From positions 211,172,001-211,236,000 of the forward strand of contig OZ024741.1 of the NCBI GenBank assembly GCA_964016885.1: a DNA stretch of 64,000 nt, read 5' to 3'. Below the pieces are notes generated by a model. The model did no database searches. It was not told where the DNA came from and saw only the letters and a program-made list of their open reading frames with translations. A program made the position numbers and the translations under genes. The DNA is from Eledone cirrhosa (lineage: Eukaryota). Positions 58,201-64,000 of this stretch are shown piece by piece; position 1 is the first letter of the stretch; each line of letters begins with the position of its first letter.

Positions 58201-61200
58201 AGTCCACTGTCTCAGCCTCAGTCCACTGTCTCAGCCTCAGTCCACCTATCGCAGCCTCAGTCCACTCTCTCAGCCTCAGTACACCTATCTCAGCCACAGT
58301 CCACTGTCTCAGCCACAGTCCACTGTCTCAGCCTCAGTCCACTGTCTCAGCCACAGTCCACTGTCTCAGCCTCTGTCCACTGTCTCAGCCTCAGTACACC
58401 TATCGCAGCCTCAGTCCACTCTCTCAGCCACAGTCCACTGTCTCAGCCTCAGTCCACTGTCTCAGCCTCAGTCCACTGTCTCAGCCTCAGTCCACTGTCT
58501 CAGCCTCAGTCCACTGTCTCAGCCACAGTCCACTGTCTCAGCCTCAGTCCACTGTCGCAGTCTCAGTCCACTGTCTCAGCCTCAGTACACCTATCGCAGC
58601 CTCAGTCCACTGTCTCAGCCACAGTCCACTGTCTCAGCCTCAGTCCACTGTCTCAGCCACAGTCCACTGTCTCATCCTCAGTCCACTGTCTCAGCCTCAG
58701 TCCACTGTCTCAGCCTCAGTACACCTATCGCAGCCTCAGTCCACTGTCTCAGCCACAGTCCACTGTCTCAGCCTCAGTCCACTGTCTCAGCCTCAGTCCA
58801 CTGTCTCAGCCTCAGTCCACTGTCTCAGCCACAGTCCACTGTCTCAGTCTCAGTCCACCTATCTCAGCCACAGTCCACTGTCTCAGCCACAGTCCACTGT
58901 CTCAGCCTCAGTCCACTGTCGCAGTCTCAGTCCACCTCTCTCAGCCTCAGTCCACCTATATCAGCCACAGTCCACTGTCTCAGCCTCAGTCCACTGTCTC
59001 AGCCTCAGTCCACTGTCGCAGTCTCAGTCCACCTATCTCAGCCACAGTCCACTGTCTCAGCCACAGTCCACTGTCTCAGCCACAGTCCACTGTCTCAGCC
59101 TCAGTCCACTGTCTCAGCCTCAGTACACCTATCGCAGCCTCAGTCCACTGTCTCAGCCTCAGTACACCTATCGCAGCCACAGTCCACTGTCTCAGCCTCA
59201 GTACACCTATCGCAGCCTCAGTCCACTGTCTCAGCCTCAGTCCACTGTCTCAGCCACAGTCCACCTATCTCAGCCTCAGTCCACTTATCTCAGCCTCAGT
59301 CCACTCTCTCAGCCTCAGTTCACCTATCTCAGCCTCAGTCCACTGTCTCAGCCTCAGTCCACTGCCTCAGCCTCAGTCCACTGTCTCAGCCTAAGTCCAC
59401 TGTCTCAGCCACAGTCCACTGTCTCAGCCACAGTCCACTGTCTCAGTCTCAGTCCACTTATCTCAGCCACAGTCCACTTATCTCAGGCTCAGTCCACTGT
59501 CTCAGCCACAGTCCACCTATCTCAGCCACAGTCCACTTATCTCAGTCTCAGTCCACCTATCTCAGCCACAGTCCACCTATCTCAGCCACAGTCCACTGTC
59601 TCAGTCTCAGTCCACCGTCTCAGGCTCAGTCCACTGTCTCAGCCACAGTCCACCTATCGCAGCCACAGTCCACCTATCTCAGTCTCAGTCCACCTATCTC
59701 AGCCTCAGTCCACTGTCTCAGCCTCAGTACACCTATCGCAGCCTCAGTCCACTGTCTCAGCCTCAGTACACCTATCTCAGCCACAATCCACCTGTCTCAG
59801 CCTCAGTACACCTATCGCAGCCTCAGTCCACTGTCTCAGCCACAGTCCACCTATCTCAGCCACAATCCACCTATCTCAGCCACAGTCCACCTATCGCAGC
59901 CACAGTCCACCTATCTCAGTCTCAGTCCACTGTCTCAGTCTCAGTCCACCGTCTCAGGCTCAGTCCACTGTCTCAGCCACAGTCCACCTATCGCAGCCAC
60001 AGTCCACCTATCTCAGTCTCAGTCCACTGTCTCAGCCTCAGTACACCTATCGCAGCCTCAGTCCACTGTCTCAGCCTCAGTACACCTATCTCAGCCACAA
60101 TCCACCTGTCTCAGCCTCAGTACACCTATCGCAGCCTCAGTCCACTGTCTCAGCCTCAGTCCACCTATCTCAGCCACAGTCCACGTATCTCAGCCACAGT
60201 CCACTGTCTCAGCCTCAGTCCACCTATCTCAGTCTCAGTCCACCTACCTCAGCCTCAGTCCACCTATCTCAGCCACAGTCCACCTATATCAGCCACAGTC
60301 CACTGTCTCAGCCTCAGTCCACTGTCTCAGCCTCAGTCCACTGTCGCAGTCTCAGTCCACCTATCTCAGCCACAGTCCACTGTCTCAGCCACAGTCCACT
60401 GTCTCAGCCACAGTCCACTGTCTCAGCCTCAGTCCACTGTCTCAGCCTCAGTACACCTATCGCAGCCTCAGTCCACTGTCTCAGCCTCAGTACACCTATC
60501 GCAGCCACAGTCCACTGTCTCAGCCTCAGTACACCTATCGCAGCCTCAGTCCACTGTCTCAGCCTCAGTCCACTGTCTCAGCCACAGTCCACCTATCTCA
60601 GCCTCAGTCCACTTATCTCAGCCTCAGTCCACTCTCTCAGCCTCAGTTCACCTATCTCAGCCTCAGTCCACTGTCTCAGCCTCAGTCCACTGCCTCAGCC
60701 TCAGTCCACTGTCTCAGCCTAAGTCCACTGTCTCAGCCACAGTCCACTGTCTCAGCCACAGTCCACTGTCTCAGTCTCAGTCCACTTATCTCAGCCACAG
60801 TCCACTTATCTCAGGCTCAGTCCACTGTCTCAGCCACAGTCCACCTATCTCAGCCACAGTCCACTTATCTCAGTCTCAGTCCACCTATCTCAGCCACAGT
60901 CCACCTATCTCAGCCACAGTCCACTGTCTCAGTCTCAGTCCACCGTCTCAGGCTCAGTCCACTGTCTCAGCCACAGTCCACCTATCGCAGCCACAGTCCA
61001 CCTATCTCAGTCTCAGTCCACCTATCTCAGCCTCAGTCCACTGTCTCAGCCTCAGTACACCTATCGCAGCCTCAGTCCACTGTCTCAGCCTCAGTACACC
61101 TATCTCAGCCACAATCCACCTGTCTCAGCCTCAGTACACCTATCGCAGCCTCAGTCCATTGTCTCAGCCACAGTCCACCTATCTCAGCCACAATCCACCT

Positions 61201-61545
61201 ATCTCAGCCACAGTCCACCTATCGCAGCCACAGTCCACCTATCTCAGTCTCAGTCCACTGTCTCAGTCTCAGTCCACCGTCTCAGGCTCAGTCCACTGTC
61301 TCAGCCACAGTCCACCTATCGCAGCCACAGTCCACCTATCTCAGTCTCAGTCCACTGTCTCAGCCTCAGTACACCTATCGCAGCCTCAGTCCACTGTCTC
61401 AGCCTCAGTACACCTATCCCAGCCACAATCCACCTGTCTCAGCCTCAGTACACCTATCGCAGCCTCAGTCCACTGTCTCAGCCTCAGTACACCTATCTCA
61501 GCCACAATCCACCTATCTCAGCCTCAGTACACCTATCGCAGCCTC
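37270..61545. repeat. Higher-order repeat domain B (TCGCAG-marked, ~1.3-3.4 kb units)
   Basis: TCGCAG first seen at ~37276 and last within the array at ~61536. Marker TCTCCGCCACAGTTC (G) at 37378, 39231, 42079, 43932, 46780, 50222, 52914, 55319, 57303. Confidence 0.9.
37330..46969. repeat. Near-perfect 4,701-bp tandem duplication inside domain B
   Basis: Private variants recur at a constant 4,701 offset (GTCGACT G at 38339/43040; ORF-track entries 39164/43865 and 42012/46713). Only a few substitutions were seen between the copies. Confidence 0.92.
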
Positions 61546-61679
61546 AGTCCACTGTCTCAGCCTCAGTCCACTGTCTCAGCCACAGTCCACCTATCTCAGC
61601 CACAGTCCACTGTCTCAGCCTCAGACCACCTACCAAACATGAGTCCACCTACCGCAGCCATAGTCCATTTATCACAGTC

Positions 61680-63060
61680 TCAGTCCACTGTCTCAGCCAC
61701 AGTCCACTATCTCAGCCACAGTCCACTTATCTCAGCCACAGTCCATTGTCTCAGCCACAGTCCACTATCTCAGCCACAGTCCACTATCTCAGCCACAGTC
61801 CACCTATCTCAGCCACAATCCACCTATCTCAGCCACAGTCCACCTATCTCAGTCTCAGTCCACTCTCTCAGCCTCAGTTCACCTATCTCAGCCTCAGTCC
61901 ACTGTCTCAGCCTCAGTCCACTGCCTCAGCCTCAGTCCACTATCTCAGCCACAGTCCACTTATCTCAGCCTCAGTCCACTCTCTCAGCCTCAGTTCACCT
62001 ATCTCAGCCTCAGTCCACTGTCTCAGCCTCAGTCCACTGCCTCAGCCTCAGTCCACTATCTCAGCTACAGTCCACTGTCTCAGCTACAATCCACTGTCTC
62101 AGTCTCAGTCCACTTATCTCAGCCACAGTCCACTTATCTCAGCCTCAGTCCACTTATCTCAGCCTCAGTCCACTGTCTCAGCCACAGTCCACTGTCTCAG
62201 CCACAGTACACCTATCTCAGCCACAGTCCACTTATCTCAGTCTCAGTCCACCTATCTCAGCCACAGTCCACCTATCTCAGCCACAGTCCACTGTCTCAGT
62301 CTCAGTCCACCGTCTCAGCCTCAGTCCACTGTCTCAGCCACAGTACACCTATCTCAGCCACAGTCCACTTATCTCAGTCTCAGTCCACCTATCTCAGCCA
62401 CAGTCCACCTATCTCTGCCTCAGTCCACTGTCTCAGCCTCAGTCCACTGTCTCAACCTCAGTCCACTGTCTCAGCCTCAGTCCACTGTCTCAGCCTCAGT
62501 CCACTGTCTCAGCCACAGTACACCTATCTCAGCCACAGTCCACTTATCTCAGTCTCAGTCCACCTATCTCAGCCTCAGTCCACCTATCTCAGCCACAGTC
62601 CACTGTCTCAGCCACAGTCCACCTATCTCAGCCTCAGTCCACCTATCTCAGCCACAGTCCACCTATCTCAGCCTCAGTCCACCTATCTCAGCCACAGTCC
62701 ACTGTCTCAGTCTCAGTCCACTGTCTCAGCCTCAGTCCACTGTCTCAGTCTCAGTACACCTATCTCAGCCACAGTCCACCTATCTCAGCCACAGTCCACT
62801 GTCTCAGCCTCAGTCCACCTATCTCAGCCTCAGTCCACCTATCTCAGCCACAGTCCACCTATCTCAGTCTCAGTCCACTGTCTCAGCCTCAGTCCACTGT
62901 CTCATCCTCAGTCCACCTATCTCAGCCACAGTCCACTGTCTCAGCCTCAGTCCACTGTCTCAGCCTCAGTCCACCTATCTCAGCCACAGTCCACCTATCT
63001 CAGCCTCATTCCACCTACCTCAGCCTCAGTCCACTGTCTCAGTCTCAGTCCACCTATCTC
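61680..63060. repeat. Terminal sub-domain of the array (no TCGCAG; enriched in hybrid CCACTATCTC units)
   Basis: Follows a cluster of diverged units at ~61625-61680. No TCGCAG was seen, and several CCACTATCTC 19-mers lie at ~61700-62060. Confidence 0.7.
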
Positions 63061-63372
63061 AATCCACAGACGTACCCTCTGTCCACTGCCTTAGACTCAG
63101 TCCACTAATCGCAGTCGACAGACGTAGCCTCAGTCCACCTATCTCAGTCCAAACGCGAAGCCTCTGTCCACTGACTTAGACTCAGTCCACTCTCCATCTT
63201 CATTTGTCCGCCTGGCTCTCTGATCTACCGTTTCACCTCTGTCTCGATATGTCTGTGTTCTAAGTCTTCTGTCCACTTTCCAATGTCTCATCCACTGTTC
63301 ACTCTCCGCCTACCATTGTCCACTCTATATGTATTGCTGTCCATTCTCTCAGTAACCTATTTCCACTGTCAC
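63061..63372. repeat. Degenerate array edge / relic monomers
   Basis: Recognisable but decaying cores (GTCCACTG, CTCAGTCCAC, TCCACTGT, GTCCATTCTCTCAG) fade into unique sequence. Confidence 0.8.
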
Positions 63373-63600
63373 TGGAAGAAATTTGCTGCATTCTGACCTG
63401 GATAGGAGATAGGCTCCGCCTGGTTTAGACAAAAATGCTCTAGATATGACATTGACATTGCGGCGCCCCAACGACTCCCTGAAGACTTACAGATTCACAA
63501 ATATATACCTGATTGATTTTTCGTTGCCTTGGTTCATGTTGCTGGGTCACCGGTCTCAGTCTTTAATTTGTCAAGCTTTCTAACGCATGTTATTACTCTA

Positions 63601-63781
63601 AGGTGGGTGGCACTATCGGTAGAGGGTCGGACGCCATGCTTTCCAGCATAGTTACGTCCCTTTACGATCTGAGTTCAAATCCCGCCGAGGTTGACTTTGC
63701 CTTTCATTCTTACGGGTTCGATAAAATAAAGGCCCAGTAATGCACTGGGTAATTGCTGGCCTTGTGCCTAAAGTAGAAACA
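63601..63781 (+). mobile_element. tRNA-derived SINE-like retroposon copy (resembles octopus/cephalopod SINEs)
   Basis: A-box-like TGGCACTATCGG (63608-63619) and B-box GTTCAAATCC (63673-63682) are followed by GCCGAGGTTGACTTTGCCTTTCAT...GATAAAATAA and a GGCCTTGTGCCTAAAGTAGAAA tail. I recall this layout from octopus tRNA-derived SINEs but did not verify it by search. The element is flanked by a 17-bp direct repeat. Confidence 0.72.
63608..63682 (+). promoter_or_regulatory. Internal RNA polymerase III type-2 promoter (A box + B box) of the SINE
   Basis: The B box GTTCAAATCC fits the GTTCRANNC consensus. The A box is a looser match ~54 bp upstream. Activity is unknown. Confidence 0.5.
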
Positions 63782-63872
63782 GTTATTACTCTAAGGTGAC
63801 ACAGCCTTATCGAGTGCTTTGCTGCACATTCCTAATTTTATATCGTTAGCGTGGGCACAGTCAAAACTTCGA

Positions 63873-63875
<3 letters not shown>

Positions 63876-63904
<29 letters not shown>
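63876..63904. repeat. (AT)n microsatellite, ~14.5 units
   Basis: Perfect ATATAT... run of 29 bp. Confidence 0.98.
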
Positions 63905-64000
63905 CGGGATAACAGGTTATCGTTATGGCAGTCCACTTAGATCTAGTCCAGTTGGAGTAATTCTTGTATTGGATAGTATTAACGTGTGGCTTAGTTTGAC

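Larger units (their letters stand above)
1..63060. repeat. Large tandem satellite/minisatellite array of mixed 19-bp (CAGTCCACTGTCTCAGCCA) and 20-bp (CAGTCCACCTATCTCAGCCA) monomers; open at left window edge
   Basis: Seen directly: uninterrupted head-to-tail units in a single orientation. The 3' triplet varies among CCA/CCT/TCT. The consensus has 55-58% GC, is strongly C-rich on the + strand (8C:3G and 9C:2G) and lacks CpG. Confidence 0.99.
63589..63798 (+). repeat. 17-bp perfect direct repeat GTTATTACTCTAAGGTG bracketing the SINE (63589-63605 and 63782-63798)
   Basis: The exact match was seen in the sequence. It is a candidate target-site duplication or tandem-unit junction. Confidence 0.85.

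Noticed and set aside
1-63060. CRISPR array or other repeat-spacer system
   Set aside because: No unique spacers between repeats, no cas or reverse-transcriptase genes, and the flank looks eukaryotic.
1-63060. G-quadruplex / canonical telomere repeat on the G-rich strand
   Set aside because: Only GG doublets, with no GGG tracts or TTAGGG-type units.
94-63179. Dozens of long + strand ORFs (up to 2,698 aa, mucin/adhesin-like S/Q/P/H-rich)
   Set aside because: They overlap in all three frames and mostly start at TTG variants. They have no non-repetitive domain or signal peptide, and units of 19/20 bp do not preserve frame. They arise only because the repeat lacks stop codons.
63606-63690. Functional tRNA gene
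   Set aside because: A/B boxes are present but I cannot fold a cloverleaf. The box spacing and downstream body fit a SINE.
63908-63921. GATAAC-AG-GTTATC inverted repeat next to the (AT)n run
   Set aside because: Only a 6-bp stem with no supporting context; expected by chance.
63401-63950. Short monomer-like matches in the flank (GAGATAGG 63406-63413 inverted, GTCTCAGTCT 63553-63562, CAGTCCACTTA 63929-63939)
   Set aside because: Isolated 8-11 bp matches that cannot be separated from chance without a statistical test.

Overview
About 98.5% of this window (1 to ~63,060, already running at base 1) is one unidirectional tandem satellite/minisatellite array. It has two interspersed monomers, a 19-mer CAGTCCACTGTCTCAG(CCA/CCT/TCT) and a 20-mer CAGTCCACCTATCTCAG(CCA/CCT/TCT), roughly 3,200-3,300 units estimated from length. 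Rare variants show a layered, multi-scale higher-order structure. Left domain A has ~3.6-4.4 kb higher-order repeats, each containing a 136-bp 7-mer triplet. A segment near base 1 reappears 35,052 bp later. Right domain B is defined by a CpG-creating TCGCAG variant and holds a near-perfect 4,701-bp duplication. A short terminal domain and a decaying edge follow. The last ~630 bp are unique eukaryotic-looking DNA: a tRNA-derived SINE-like element flanked by a 17-bp direct repeat, which resembles octopus SINEs from memory (unverified), and an (AT)n microsatellite. The very long Ser/Gln/Pro/His-rich ORFs are artefacts of a stop-free repeat strand. No protein-coding gene, CRISPR array or other enzymatic system is supported. 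The interest lies in the array's architecture and history. All positions and offsets were read by eye.
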